Shown: piece by piece, positions 1-10,027 of the stretch
Numbering within the stretch: the first letter of the stretch is position 1
How the letters are laid out: every line of letters starts with the position of its first letter
Notes under the pieces: generated by a model
Told to the model about the DNA's origin: nothing
Databases searched by the model: none
Seen by the model: the letters and a program-made list of their open reading frames with translations, nothing else
From: an uncultured Clostridia bacterium
GTDB lineage: Bacteria; Bacillota; Clostridia; Christensenellales; UBA1242
NCBI GenBank assembly: GCA_944332185.1
Contig: CALVJJ010000001.1
Coordinates: 422 to 64,421, forward strand
Length of the DNA: 64,000 nucleotides
Direction: 5' to 3'
Translations under genes and position numbers: made by a program

Positions 1-1892
1 AAGAATAATTCATTCTTATCACAGTCTGTACCTTTATTGAATCTTACTCGAATATTCCCATGCAAAATTGCATTACGAATTGCTCGAATAATCAGCACTT
101 TATCACTGGTACTTTTGATTGGTTGCTCGGATATTTTATCACGATAATCCACCATACGCATGGTAAAGACATTCATTTTGATGACACTTAGTTTTGTGCG
201 TAACTTTTGTTGTAATTGCACATCAAATTTTTTTCTATCCATGAATCTAGCATCAAAATCTCGAATACTTTCATAAAAACCATTATAGACCAAATGTGCA
301 TATGTACAAAAGATACTGGCACAGATAGATTGTTCTGGTTTAAACAAAGACCAATTATTCGTAATTTTCATCTTGGAGCCTGAGTCTTCTAAACATAATT
401 TTTGCAGGCTACTAAGTTCATCATCAATGAATTTTGCAAAAACATTATGGTTGATTGGAATATTCATGTATTTGCCATTATCTAACAAATTCTTATAATT
501 CATAATAGATAATCCATAAATATCATTAACAAATGTTTCGATCACACTGCGTTGACTTGCTATCAATTCTTTATTAGAACCACACCAGTTAAAGAATTTT
601 GGTGTTTGGCAAATACGAGTACATAGCATTTCCGGATTGTCCAAGTGAGATATTTTGACTTTCCCTGACAACCCATCATTTACCATCTTTTCTTCTATAT
701 ATTTTTTCAAATCATCGTTGGGATTACTGTTGGCAAAATCTGTTAAATATTTTTGAATATACACTTGCATATCTTCTTGCACATTCTTAGCATCTCCAGT
801 AACATGAACTAAAGAACATTTTTTTAAATATGCAAAAAGTTCCATTTCATTCGTAATAGGCGCATTTTTTCTTGGTAAATAAATATGGTAATGATTATTT
901 TTATATACGTCCATATTATTGGTCATGGCTTTATAAAAATGATGTGCCCATACATCTGAATATACAGCTGTCGTACCGTCACTTAAATACGCAATTTGTC
1001 CTCCCCACATGACATCAGTATTGAATTTCATAGGGAAATTATGTGCAGTAAAATTACGCAAATTCGTAATTAAAGGTATAAAATTCTTGTAGGCATTGAG
1101 ATCTATTTTTCTACCATCTTTATCTAGCAAAAGAAAATGTTGCTGACTAAAAAAATTTTTATAAGGTAATGCATATTGCGAATATCTTTTCACTGCTGAT
1201 TTTTCTAGTCCATAATAATCAATAATTTGTGGATCGGTTTGTGTTTGGAAACCTTTACTGAAAAATGAAAATTTCTCCTCTGTATGCAAAATCTGTGCAT
1301 TGGTTAGTAAAGGATCGTCTTTTGATTCATCAAACAATTTTTGTATCACTTCTGCTCTTTGTTTTTGTGTTTGTGATTTTGCAGTACGCAATAAAGATTG
1401 TGGATCTTGTTTGTATAGCAACATATCATAAAAAATAGAAAACAATTTTGATGGAATGGATTCAGAATTGTAAAAAATAGCATCTGATACAGCAGGTAAA
1501 GGTTTTAATTGAATATTACGATATAAAGTATTCCCTTCTTTTTTTACATAACATTGTTCAATGGAATAATCTTTTAAACTTTGATCTTCCATGATCACCA
1601 CTTGTTCATGATCTTTTAGTTTTCGTATTTTAGAAAATTTTTGAGATAAAACGCCATAACGAACATCTTTTTTATTGATTCTTTCTACATTAAACAAATC
1701 TTTACAAAAAGTATTCCTTAAAGTTTCTTGAGACATCTTTTCTCTAACATTTTCAAAAGATAGCAAATTTTGAAAATTAGCACTAATTCTTTTTAAAAGA
1801 ATGATATCTTCTACTGTCAGTCCCACATTTGTAGAAGATCCATCGTGAATTAAATTATTAACAAAAATTAAAAATCTTTTTACGGTATCCAT
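1..1892 (-). CDS. large protein with two HEPN-type R-N-x3-H motifs; the C-terminal end lies outside the window
   Basis: My own reverse-strand translation gives an uninterrupted frame of 630 codons from the ATG at 1892-1890 to the window edge. It is absent from the ORF track, probably because it has no stop inside the window. It begins MDTVKRFLIFVNNLIHDG. The motifs are NLRNFTAHNF (nt 1058-1041, R279/H284) and AIRNAILHGN (nt 77-60, R606/H611). Confidence 0.7.
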   Translation of the reverse strand, partial: MDTVKRFLIFVNNLIHDGSSTNVGLTVEDIILLKRISANFQNLLSFENVREKMSQETLRNTFCKDLFNVERINKKDVRYGVLSQKFSKIRKLKDHEQVVIMEDQSLKDYSIEQCYVKKEGNTLYRNIQLKPLPAVSDAIFYNSESIPSKLFSIFYDMLLYKQDPQSLLRTAKSQTQKQRAEVIQKLFDESKDDPLLTNAQILHTEEKFSFFSKGFQTQTDPQIIDYYGLEKSAVKRYSQYALPYKNFFSQQHFLLLDKDGRKIDLNAYKNFIPLITNLRNFTAHNFPMKFNTDVMWGGQIAYLSDGTTAVYSDVWAHHFYKAMTNNMDVYKNNHYHIYLPRKNAPITNEMELFAYLKKCSLVHVTGDAKNVQEDMQVYIQKYLTDFANSNPNDDLKKYIEEKMVNDGLSGKVKISHLDNPEMLCTRICQTPKFFNWCGSNKELIASQRSVIETFVNDIYGLSIMNYKNLLDNGKYMNIPINHNVFAKFIDDELSSLQKLCLEDSGSKMKITNNWSLFKPEQSICASIFCTYAHLVYNGFYESIRDFDARFMDRKKFDVQLQQKLRTKLSVIKMNVFTMRMVDYRDKISEQPIKSTSDKVLIIRAIRNAILHGNIRVRFNKGTDCDKNELF

Positions 1893-2173
1893 ATTGATTG
1901 CTTTTCCTTTTGATACATGTACATGTGTGCATCAGATCATTTTGTCATCATCTTTTCTATCCTATAGAGCTTGATATTGAGATCAACTTATGCATGATGA
2001 TCGTATTTTTAAAACCATTTTGTGTGCATGATCCATACCAATATTTTTTGTCACTATCACTCATACACGCTACTGCGATCCCACACATCTATATAATGAT
2101 ATATTATTACATTCTTATATAATTACATATTATATAGTATACTTATTTGTGCCAAATTAGTCAATATCTATCT

Positions 2174-2204
2174 AAAAAAAAGACCGAAAAGGTCTTATTT
2201 TTTC
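2174..2204 (-). terminator. rho-independent terminator after the DivIVA-domain gene
   Basis: Stem AAGACC / GGTCTT (2180-2196) with loop gaaaa, flanked by an A-run and a T-run. On the minus strand it reads as a hairpin plus U-run directly after the stop at 2209. Confidence 0.7.
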
Positions 2205-2208
2205 TATT

Positions 2209-3213
2209 CTACGATTTGTGAGTATCTTGATAAAAATCAAAAGCACTCATAATAGTTTCCAAATTATCATGTGGGTTGAGAGCTTCTTTTAGATCAAATC
2301 CTGACTCATTTGGTTCTGGATATGCAAAATCTAATTCTTTTGGTGTTTTACGTTTTTTCTCAAAAGTTTTTGCATACGCATTATTTATCTCATCATCAGA
2401 ATTTAAAAACTCATCAGCCAAATTAGAACATTTCACTTTCTTCACTTGTTGGTTTAGATTTTGCAATCTGCCACCAATAGAAGCAATGCGATTGTTTTCT
2501 TTGATATGTTCTGCCATAATTTCTGTCATGTCTACTTTATGAATGGTATGCATACCCTCTTTTTTATCATCAGATATCTCTTTACGTGAAGCATCTTGCT
2601 CTTTGTGTAAGGCAGTTTTGCCCGATGTAAGTTGATTATTTGCCTCTACCTTCTCTATAAAAGGTTTTACAGTAATTGTTTGCGTAGGTTCACTTGTTTT
2701 TTCTGAAGTAGAAAACATATAATCCATTTTATTTAGTATATTACGAATATAGTCATTGCTATGTTTTTTTAGATGAGCTTTAATACCATTTTTTTCTGTA
2801 GACAAACTTTCAATCGTGTATTCTTTAATGTTGTCTTGAAAGTTTTTAATTGCCTCTTTAATATGTTCACTACTACCATCAAAACTGGTTTGTTCCTCTG
2901 CTTCTTTTAACAAATTTTCCCATTTTTCATACATGGATTTTAATTTGTCAATTTCTTTATGAGCTAATTCTTTGGCATGATTTTCTATCTCTTCCGCTTT
3001 TTCTACGGCTGTGATAAATGCTTTGCTGATTTGTCTTTCTTTTTGTTCGTACTCACCTAATTGTACTTTGTTTTTTTCTAATTCATTACGTAAAGTATAA
3101 TTTTCATTGGTCAATTCAGCAATTTTCTCTTCATATTTTTTTGTAATGATAGACAAATACGCATCTACTTGTGATGAACTATAGCCATTTTCTACAAAAT
3201 CAAATTTTTTCAT
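2209..3213 (-). CDS. DivIVA-domain protein
   Basis: The N-terminus MKKFDFVENGYSSSQVDAYL matches the DivIVA N-terminal motif (F..x..GY..x.VD.xL) and is followed by a long coiled coil. The ATG at 3213 is preceded by AAAGGTG. The ORF track starts 9 nt further upstream. Confidence 0.7.
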   Translation of the reverse strand: MKKFDFVENGYSSSQVDAYLSIITKKYEEKIAELTNENYTLRNELEKNKVQLGEYEQKERQISKAFITAVEKAEEIENHAKELAHKEIDKLKSMYEKWENLLKEAEEQTSFDGSSEHIKEAIKNFQDNIKEYTIESLSTEKNGIKAHLKKHSNDYIRNILNKMDYMFSTSEKTSEPTQTITVKPFIEKVEANNQLTSGKTALHKEQDASRKEISDDKKEGMHTIHKVDMTEIMAEHIKENNRIASIGGRLQNLNQQVKKVKCSNLADEFLNSDDEINNAYAKTFEKKRKTPKELDFAYPEPNESGFDLKEALNPHDNLETIMSAFDFYQDTHKS

Positions 3214-3214
3214 A

Positions 3215-3712
3215 TTATGCACCTTTTCTCTCTGGAATATAACGACTGATTACCATGCAAATGGTAAATACAACAAACGCAATCAATAAAGTAGCCCATA
3301 AAGGAATGAGTTGTAATGTGTAAAACACAAAAGGAATAGCCACGAACAAGATGGTGATCCCTACCCCTAATTGTAAAGCATCGTGATAGAAAAATCCAAT
3401 CACAAACCCAACCAAAGAAATAGCAAATAAGCAAGCTGGTATTAAAGAAATCAAAGGCCATTGCATGATCTCTATGGTCATCATGACGCCACCCCATAAT
3501 AAAAGAACCAGACCAAACCATAAACTTGTACGGTATCCAAACATAATCGTTTTCACAATTTGCATCAATCCTTCTATCATTAACAATAATGGGCACCATA
3601 TTTTAGATAAGGATAATGGTACAATAGGAAAATACACATGACTAAATAACATACCTGCATAGATCAGTAATAGGATTAAGTTAATCATGCGATACAAGGT
3701 TATTTTTCTCAT
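3215..3712 (-). CDS. small polytopic membrane protein, function unknown
   Basis: 165-aa ORF made of 4-5 hydrophobic helices. AGGAGA lies 4 nt before the ATG at 3712. The ORF overlaps the lgt 3' end by 32 nt. Confidence 0.5.
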   Translation of the reverse strand: MRKITLYRMINLILLLIYAGMLFSHVYFPIVPLSLSKIWCPLLLMIEGLMQIVKTIMFGYRTSLWFGLVLLLWGGVMMTIEIMQWPLISLIPACLFAISLVGFVIGFFYHDALQLGVGITILFVAIPFVFYTLQLIPLWATLLIAFVVFTICMVISRYIPERKGA

Positions 3713-4595
3713 TTTTTCTCCTATTTTTTATAATAATCACCAACATCAATCCAACACCAATCAGGACTAGAAGCAAACTTAAAAGTTGTGAAACTCTAAA
3801 AATTCCCCAGTATAAACTATCCATTCTTAGCCCTTCAATCCAAAATCTACCTATTCCATAATATATACAATAAAACGCTACAAGCAATCCTTGAAAACGG
3901 AATTTTTTAAGCAACATAATAGCAATTATAAAGCCTACCAAATTCCATAAACTTTCGTAAAAGAAAGTTGCTAGATGCCACCCTGATCCTCCACACACAC
4001 AACCTTCAGCTAATTGTGTACAATGTTCTATATACACCCCAAAAGGGAAAAATTGAAAACTTGGATTACTGATATACAATCCATAAGCTTCTTGGTTTAC
4101 AAAATTTCCCCATCGTCCAATCACTTGACCAATAAGTAAAGAAGGGATCACAATATCCAAAGTGTCTATAATACTTTTTTTATGAATGATGCAAGCCAAA
4201 ATCAAGGCAATAGCTCCACCAATGACACCACCATATATAGCAAGTCCCCCTTCCCATACAGCAATCACACTATAAAAGGAAGTAAATCTTTCTAATTCAA
4301 ATAATACATAATAGATTCTAGCCCCAACAATGGCAAAAGGAAAGACATATAAAAGCAATGTATACATGAATTCCGGATCAATATTACGATAATGACATTG
4401 TAAGACAGCCACTAACAATCCTACTAAAAATCCTGTCCCAATAATGACACCATACCAACTAATTTTGTGATATAAAAAACTATTTGGAATACGATCTAAT
4501 AGAAGTAAGACGATGATGAAAGCCACATAAGACACAGTATATTTTATGATCGTTGAGATTTTCACTTCTGTACCTAATAGATTCATTGTTTTCAT
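3681..4595 (-). CDS. lgt: prolipoprotein diacylglyceryl transferase
   Basis: Polytopic protein carrying the Lgt signature GRWGNFVNQEAYG. I moved the start to the ATG-ATG just after GGAGG (4601-4605). The exact start is uncertain; the track ORF extends to 4652. Confidence 0.85.
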   Translation of the reverse strand: MKTMNLLGTEVKISTIIKYTVSYVAFIIVLLLLDRIPNSFLYHKISWYGVIIGTGFLVGLLVAVLQCHYRNIDPEFMYTLLLYVFPFAIVGARIYYVLFELERFTSFYSVIAVWEGGLAIYGGVIGGAIALILACIIHKKSIIDTLDIVIPSLLIGQVIGRWGNFVNQEAYGLYISNPSFQFFPFGVYIEHCTQLAEGCVCGGSGWHLATFFYESLWNLVGFIIAIMLLKKFRFQGLLVAFYCIYYGIGRFWIEGLRMDSLYWGIFRVSQLLSLLLVLIGVGLMLVIIIKNRRKNEKNNLVSHD

Positions 4596-4702
4596 CATTG
4601 CCTCCAATGTAGTATTAGTATACAAAATTATTTCATATAATGTCAAACACATTCTCTAAAGACTTTTAGACAAATTGTCGATTTTTTGCATACCCAAGCC
4701 AT

Positions 4703-4729
4703 AAAAAAAAGAGCGATGATCGCTCTTTT
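4703..4729 (-). terminator. rho-independent terminator after the 1718-aa gene
   Basis: GAGCGATgATCGCTC palindrome (4711-4725) with flanking A and T runs, immediately downstream of the stop at 4730-4732. Confidence 0.75.
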
Positions 4730-7700
4730 TTATTGTTCTAATTCATTGTTGTCATCAGCAGTCTTTAGACTCTTAATGAATCCTTGTTTTTCTTCAATGT
4801 AAGCTGCAAGAATCATTTGTCTATCTTTTATTTGTTTTAAGAATTGTGCAACTTTATTGAGTTTGCCTTGATAGTAATTGATTTTTTCTTCTTCATTTCC
4901 TTCTTCTAGTCCAGAACTCTTTTTGCTTTCCAAGTTGCTCAATTCTACTTGAATATCTTCTTTTTGTGCATTCAAAATAGCTAACATTTTTCTAGCTTTT
5001 GCTTGTTTTGTTTGCGCATCTTGAATGTAAGCTTCATTTTCTTTGATAGACTTATGGCAAACTTTTCTAAATTTGTCCATGCTCATTTTATCAATTTGTT
5101 CTTTATTGTAGCGATTGATTTCTGTTCCACCTTCTATTTGACGAAGAGATTGAATATCTTGTTCTGTGATTTCTACAGCTTTTTTCTTCATATCTGGATC
5201 TCCATTGGTATATTGGGTACCAGCTACACTTTCTGTATGCATAGCAGAAACTTCTTGTTCTTCTTCCCTTGCTGTGTACCCTTCTCTATTACGATCTTTA
5301 ATAAGATCATAACTTTGTCTAGCATAATTCATGGCATCTTCTTTATTGATAAGAACACGTTCTCTTGCCATTTCTTTTAAGTTTTCTTTGTATGCATTAC
5401 GAAGTTCTTTTACTTCTTCACGACTAATATCTTTTCTTAGTCTCAACATATTACGATTGTATGCCACGTCTGCTTTTGCCAAAATGGTTTGGATACTTTC
5501 TACCATAGATCTACTTTCATCAACAAGATTGTTAAAGTCATCTTTGTAGTTTTCAAGCACACTCATTTGTTCAGCTTCAGGATATCGACTTAGCAGTGCA
5601 TCAACTTGTTTTTGTTTTCTGCATACTTGATAATGAACATTACCTTTTTCATCAACTACTTTCCAGATGTTTGTCATTTTATTATAGTATTTGTCTGCAT
5701 CATGATTTTCTAGACGTTTAATCGCATATCCAACACTTCTTGGACCACCAAATATGCCTAAGAAACGTTTTCCTCTGCCATATTTTACACTAGAATCATA
5801 ATGTAATTCTTCAGCACTATGATTGAGGAATAATTTTACGAAATCTCTATCATTTCTCTCTACAAATTCTGTAGATTTGTTGACACCCAAACGTTTTGCT
5901 AATTTTTTTGCAAGACCTGTTGCATAATACACTCTATCAATACCTGTCTTGGTATCTTCATTGACAAATCCAGGTTGTTTTCCATTTGCCTCTAGTAATT
6001 TCATAATTCGATCATAGGTTTTATTGACTCTGCGTTTGTTAGGCAAATTCATACTTTGTAAATGGTTGAGTAATCTATTGGCTTCATCTAGTCTATCTAC
6101 TATATCACCATTTCTATGATAGAATCCTAGGCTAAAAATCTTTTTGAGTGCAAATCCAAGACCATATTTTTGTCCATTCATCATTCTATCCGTAGCAAGA
6201 GTAGCTCTTTCTACTTCACGACGGCTTAATCCATAAGCCAAACGACGATTACGAATGACATCTTTCAAAATTGGTAATTTTCCTAGTCCAATAGCATTGG
6301 CTAGTGCTACACCACCATACACAATAGCCGCACCAGTGACAAAACCTACAAAACTTGTTCCTGCAGCTACACTAAATGCCACGCTACCTACCAAATACCC
6401 TGCCATTGCCACACTAAAGAATTTGTACCAGTTTCTAGCTAAGAATGCCCCAGCTTTTTTCAAACCATTTGGTTGTGTAACTTTTGCGTCTCTACGGCGA
6501 ATAAATGCAAAATCTTTAAGGTATTTGTAATTGGTTTGATCACTTGCCATAGATTCAATCACATGTTCAAAATCAGCTTGATTTTGTTGAATACGATTTT
6601 TCTCATCTTCTATCACTTGATTCTTTCTAGCAATTTTTTCTTGTTTTTGACGTAATTTTTCTGCTTTTTTATCTAATTTTTCTTGTGCAATTCTTTGTTT
6701 TGCTAATTCAATTTGCTCTGTTAAATAATTTGGATTTACTTCCAAAATAGCATTCAAATTCTTTGGAATTTCACAGTATTTTGCAAAAGTCAACAATTCT
6801 TTTTCATAATTGTGATGTATTTGTTTTTCTGTTTGTTGTAGAATTTGATTTTCTCTTACTTTTCGTGCATTGATTGTTAAAAGATTCTTAGCAATTACCA
6901 CTTCATCTTTCAAATAATTTGGATTTTCATACATCAAAGTTGTCAAATTCAAAGGCAAAGTTTCAAAATACGAAAGATATGCTTTTACATCGCGTTTGTT
7001 TAGTGATCTAACATAGTCGACCATATCTTCTATATAATTTTTATTGTTCTTTTGCATTTGATCTAATTGTTCTTCTGTAATATCAAAATATCGTAAGACA
7101 TAAGCACGATTGTAATTATCTACTTTTTCTATTTTATCAACCAAAGCATTATGAGCTTTTTCTGCTTTCTTTAGATCTTTTTTATTTTGCTTTTCTTCTT
7201 TTGCCAATAATGCTTGCAATTCTTGTTCTTCTTGTAGATAATTAGGATTTTCTTTAAGTAATTGATCAAGATTAGGATAGATTTTCTTTGCTTCTAAATA
7301 TTCTGCAAAAGTAACCTGATTTTCAATATGAAGATCATCGTATAGTTTTCTTACCATATCTTCATCTGCTTGTTTCATAGCTTGCATTTGTTGTAAATAT
7401 TTTTCAGCATAATTGACACTAAAATTATTAGGATCTACATTTTCATTGTCCAAATTGAAACCTTTTTGTTGATACTCATCTTTTAAGGCAGCCATGTATC
7501 CTTTGAAATATTCTTCATCGTTATCAAAATCTTTTTCAATAATCCCTTGCAACTTTTGATTTGCTTTTTGTTTTCTATCAGCTACTTCGGTATTAAAGTT
7601 GTTAATGATTTCTTGTGTTTTTCGATCTAATGCTACTAGGAAAGCTTTTTCATTCTTGGTTACTTTTTGTGCCATATTATCAAGAACATGATTGTCTAGT

Positions 7701-9886
7701 TCATCGACATTCATAGTTTGCAAAATCACATTGCTTGCCAAATAATTAGCGAATTTGTTTTGCATATCTGTTGTTGGCAATTCTTGTAGGAATTCTACTT
7801 GATTTTTCACAGCATCTACTACTCTATCTTGCACATAAGAACCAATTTCTAAAGTCTTTCTTTGTGTTTCATCAAGAAGATCATCATTAAAAATTCTATA
7901 ATACAACTTGGTATATTCATCTGTATTTTCATAAATAGATTGAGCCACTTTATTACTCAATACATTCTTTGCCAATGTATCTTTTGATTTTGCCATCACT
8001 TCGAGTTCATCTAGATACAAATTACTAAGACCCCAATATTGGTGATCCAAATCTTCTTTCTTGTTAATTAGTTTTATAACATCTTCTTTATTAGCAATTT
8101 TTCCATTAGATGCTTTGATCCAAGCTTTTACACAATCTTCAAACTTGTCATCACAAATCTCTCTAATATATTCCACTTCTTGTTCCAAACCATCTTGTAG
8201 TTCATGAACATATTGTAGCATCGATTGTTCTAATTCTACTGCATCAAAGCTTGCTTTTGCTAAAAGAACTTTTTGAGATTTTTTATTATATGTGGTTTGA
8301 TGTGTGACATGATTGATGACATCTTGGAACAAACTCTTTTGATAAGCATCTTGATCTTGTTGAGGAATATGGCAATCATTCACAACTTTTTCAATTTCTT
8401 CTTTTACTTCATCTAAAATGTATCTTGCATCATGTTGTGCCACTTTTTGTAATTGTTGTTGACGATCTTTTTCTAAACGAATTTGCTCTTTTTGTTCTTT
8501 TTTGGCTCTTTCTCTTTCTTGATCCATTCTATCAGAATAAAGGCGAATAGCTTGTAACATCAATTCTTCTTTGTACACATGATACATATCAATCAATTTT
8601 TCTTCTTGATTAAAGTATTCTTCATCTTTACTAACTTTGACATCTTTTGTAGTAAGAGTATGTACAAGCAAATTTTCTGCCATTTGATCACGTTTTAAAT
8701 CAGAAATAGATTCCCAAAATTCAGCATTAGCAAGTCTAGTCCCTTCTTTGATACAAAGAGCTTTCCATTCATCATGTATAGCTTGCTTTGCTTCATTAAA
8801 GTTTTTGTTGTATACTTCTGTTTCAATACGACACCCTTCAAAAAAGTCTTGTTTGAAAGTTGGATCATTCATAATCATTTTGATTGTTTGTTTTGTTGAC
8901 ATAGTATTTGAATCTAAAGCATTAGCAGTATCTACTAGGATTTGATCTGTCATTTGTTTAGAAAGTTTTTCATACCTACTTTGCGAAAATTCTTTTGTTT
9001 CTTGTAAGTATGATACATTGTCATACAAATATTGTTGTACTTCCCTGTACAAATTACTATATTGTTTTTCAGATTCTTGGAAACCTTTATAATAATTTTT
9101 GAATCGGTTAATGGATCCTACTGTTACTTCTCCAATATTAGAAAACACATTTTTGATCTTTTTCTTTGCCATCACAAGATCTTCTTGCAATTTTTGTCTT
9201 CTTGCTTCTTGGTAGACAGTCATCATGCTTTTTGCATAAGCACTATCATTGGCATCTTTTTGATTTTTTCTCTTTTGTGCTTCTTCAAACAATGTACGAA
9301 TGGTTTGTTCTGTTCCTTCTTGTTGTGAATCCACTTTTTCTTTTTCTATTGTTTTTTCTTCCACTGCAGAAACCTTCTCTTCTGTATTTTTTATTTCTGT
9401 TGAGTTTTTGTCAATATCTTCATGTTTTTTGACATCAACAACTTCTTTTTCTTGTTCATTATGTGAAAGATTCTTTGATTCCACACTCTCTTTTGTTTCT
9501 TGCACAACTTCTTTTGTATTACGAGTTGCATCTACACTTTTTTCATCTTTCACAGTCTCTTTTTCTACCAACTGTACAGCATCTTTGTTTTCTTCTGTGT
9601 TGGTTTTAGTCTTTTTGGTTCTTGTTGTTTTTGTCTTTCTTGGTATATCACTTGCTGCTTGTAAGCCAAAACTCCATTTTCTATTCATATCTACATCGTA
9701 AGTAGATAAATCAATTTCAGAGCCAGGAATATACATTTCTTTTTTTGGTTGATTTTTTTGTTCTTTTTGTGGATCATTCGTATTTCCTTTCTTTACAGTA
9801 ATAACCACATCATCATACACAAAAGTTTTTTCTTGGTTTTCTGATTTTTGTACTATGTTTTGATTGTTTTTTATTTCATTTTTCAT
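4730..9886 (-). CDS. giant (1718 aa) K/E/Q-rich coiled-coil protein with a central transmembrane hairpin; function unknown
   Basis: Intact 5.2-kb ORF. A hydrophobic block AGAFLARNWYKFFSVAMAGYLVGSVAFSVAAGTSFVGFVTGAAIVYGGVALANAIGLG lies at nt ~6273-6455. Three NPNYL-containing modules lie at nt ~6700-7330. There is no recognisable enzymatic motif. Confidence 0.8.
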   Translation of the reverse strand: MKNEIKNNQNIVQKSENQEKTFVYDDVVITVKKGNTNDPQKEQKNQPKKEMYIPGSEIDLSTYDVDMNRKWSFGLQAASDIPRKTKTTRTKKTKTNTEENKDAVQLVEKETVKDEKSVDATRNTKEVVQETKESVESKNLSHNEQEKEVVDVKKHEDIDKNSTEIKNTEEKVSAVEEKTIEKEKVDSQQEGTEQTIRTLFEEAQKRKNQKDANDSAYAKSMMTVYQEARRQKLQEDLVMAKKKIKNVFSNIGEVTVGSINRFKNYYKGFQESEKQYSNLYREVQQYLYDNVSYLQETKEFSQSRYEKLSKQMTDQILVDTANALDSNTMSTKQTIKMIMNDPTFKQDFFEGCRIETEVYNKNFNEAKQAIHDEWKALCIKEGTRLANAEFWESISDLKRDQMAENLLVHTLTTKDVKVSKDEEYFNQEEKLIDMYHVYKEELMLQAIRLYSDRMDQERERAKKEQKEQIRLEKDRQQQLQKVAQHDARYILDEVKEEIEKVVNDCHIPQQDQDAYQKSLFQDVINHVTHQTTYNKKSQKVLLAKASFDAVELEQSMLQYVHELQDGLEQEVEYIREICDDKFEDCVKAWIKASNGKIANKEDVIKLINKKEDLDHQYWGLSNLYLDELEVMAKSKDTLAKNVLSNKVAQSIYENTDEYTKLYYRIFNDDLLDETQRKTLEIGSYVQDRVVDAVKNQVEFLQELPTTDMQNKFANYLASNVILQTMNVDELDNHVLDNMAQKVTKNEKAFLVALDRKTQEIINNFNTEVADRKQKANQKLQGIIEKDFDNDEEYFKGYMAALKDEYQQKGFNLDNENVDPNNFSVNYAEKYLQQMQAMKQADEDMVRKLYDDLHIENQVTFAEYLEAKKIYPNLDQLLKENPNYLQEEQELQALLAKEEKQNKKDLKKAEKAHNALVDKIEKVDNYNRAYVLRYFDITEEQLDQMQKNNKNYIEDMVDYVRSLNKRDVKAYLSYFETLPLNLTTLMYENPNYLKDEVVIAKNLLTINARKVRENQILQQTEKQIHHNYEKELLTFAKYCEIPKNLNAILEVNPNYLTEQIELAKQRIAQEKLDKKAEKLRQKQEKIARKNQVIEDEKNRIQQNQADFEHVIESMASDQTNYKYLKDFAFIRRRDAKVTQPNGLKKAGAFLARNWYKFFSVAMAGYLVGSVAFSVAAGTSFVGFVTGAAIVYGGVALANAIGLGKLPILKDVIRNRRLAYGLSRREVERATLATDRMMNGQKYGLGFALKKIFSLGFYHRNGDIVDRLDEANRLLNHLQSMNLPNKRRVNKTYDRIMKLLEANGKQPGFVNEDTKTGIDRVYYATGLAKKLAKRLGVNKSTEFVERNDRDFVKLFLNHSAEELHYDSSVKYGRGKRFLGIFGGPRSVGYAIKRLENHDADKYYNKMTNIWKVVDEKGNVHYQVCRKQKQVDALLSRYPEAEQMSVLENYKDDFNNLVDESRSMVESIQTILAKADVAYNRNMLRLRKDISREEVKELRNAYKENLKEMARERVLINKEDAMNYARQSYDLIKDRNREGYTAREEEQEVSAMHTESVAGTQYTNGDPDMKKKAVEITEQDIQSLRQIEGGTEINRYNKEQIDKMSMDKFRKVCHKSIKENEAYIQDAQTKQAKARKMLAILNAQKEDIQVELSNLESKKSSGLEEGNEEEKINYYQGKLNKVAQFLKQIKDRQMILAAYIEEKQGFIKSLKTADDNNELEQ

Positions 9887-10027
9887 CGTGACAACCTCAC
9901 ATTTACTATTATTATTACATACATTATAACATTTTTTGTCAAAATGTCAATATATAATCTTCAAAAAGGTAGACAAATAAAAGAAAACTACGATTTTCTC
10001 TCTTTCAAAATCGTAGTTTTATGTAGT

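Noticed and set aside
1893-2208. I looked for a CRISPR array, or for the 74-aa plus-strand ORF (1898-2122) being a partner gene of the double-HEPN protein.
   Set aside because: There are no repeated units of any period in this 300-bp stretch. The 74-aa ORF has no RBS and a hydrophobic, low-complexity product, and it lies in the promoter region of the HEPN gene. It is most likely non-coding.
3210-3599. Alternative-frame 129-aa ORF on the minus strand.
   Set aside because: It lies entirely inside the 165-aa membrane-protein ORF (3215-3712). That ORF is longer, has an AGGAGA RBS and gives clean TM helices, so the 129-aa frame is a shadow ORF.
5003-9701. Nine plus-strand ORFs (60-133 aa) antisense to the 1718-aa gene.
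   Set aside because: These are typical shadow frames of a K/E-rich gene. Their products are F/L/S/C-rich, they have no RBS, and they overlap one another and the long intact gene.
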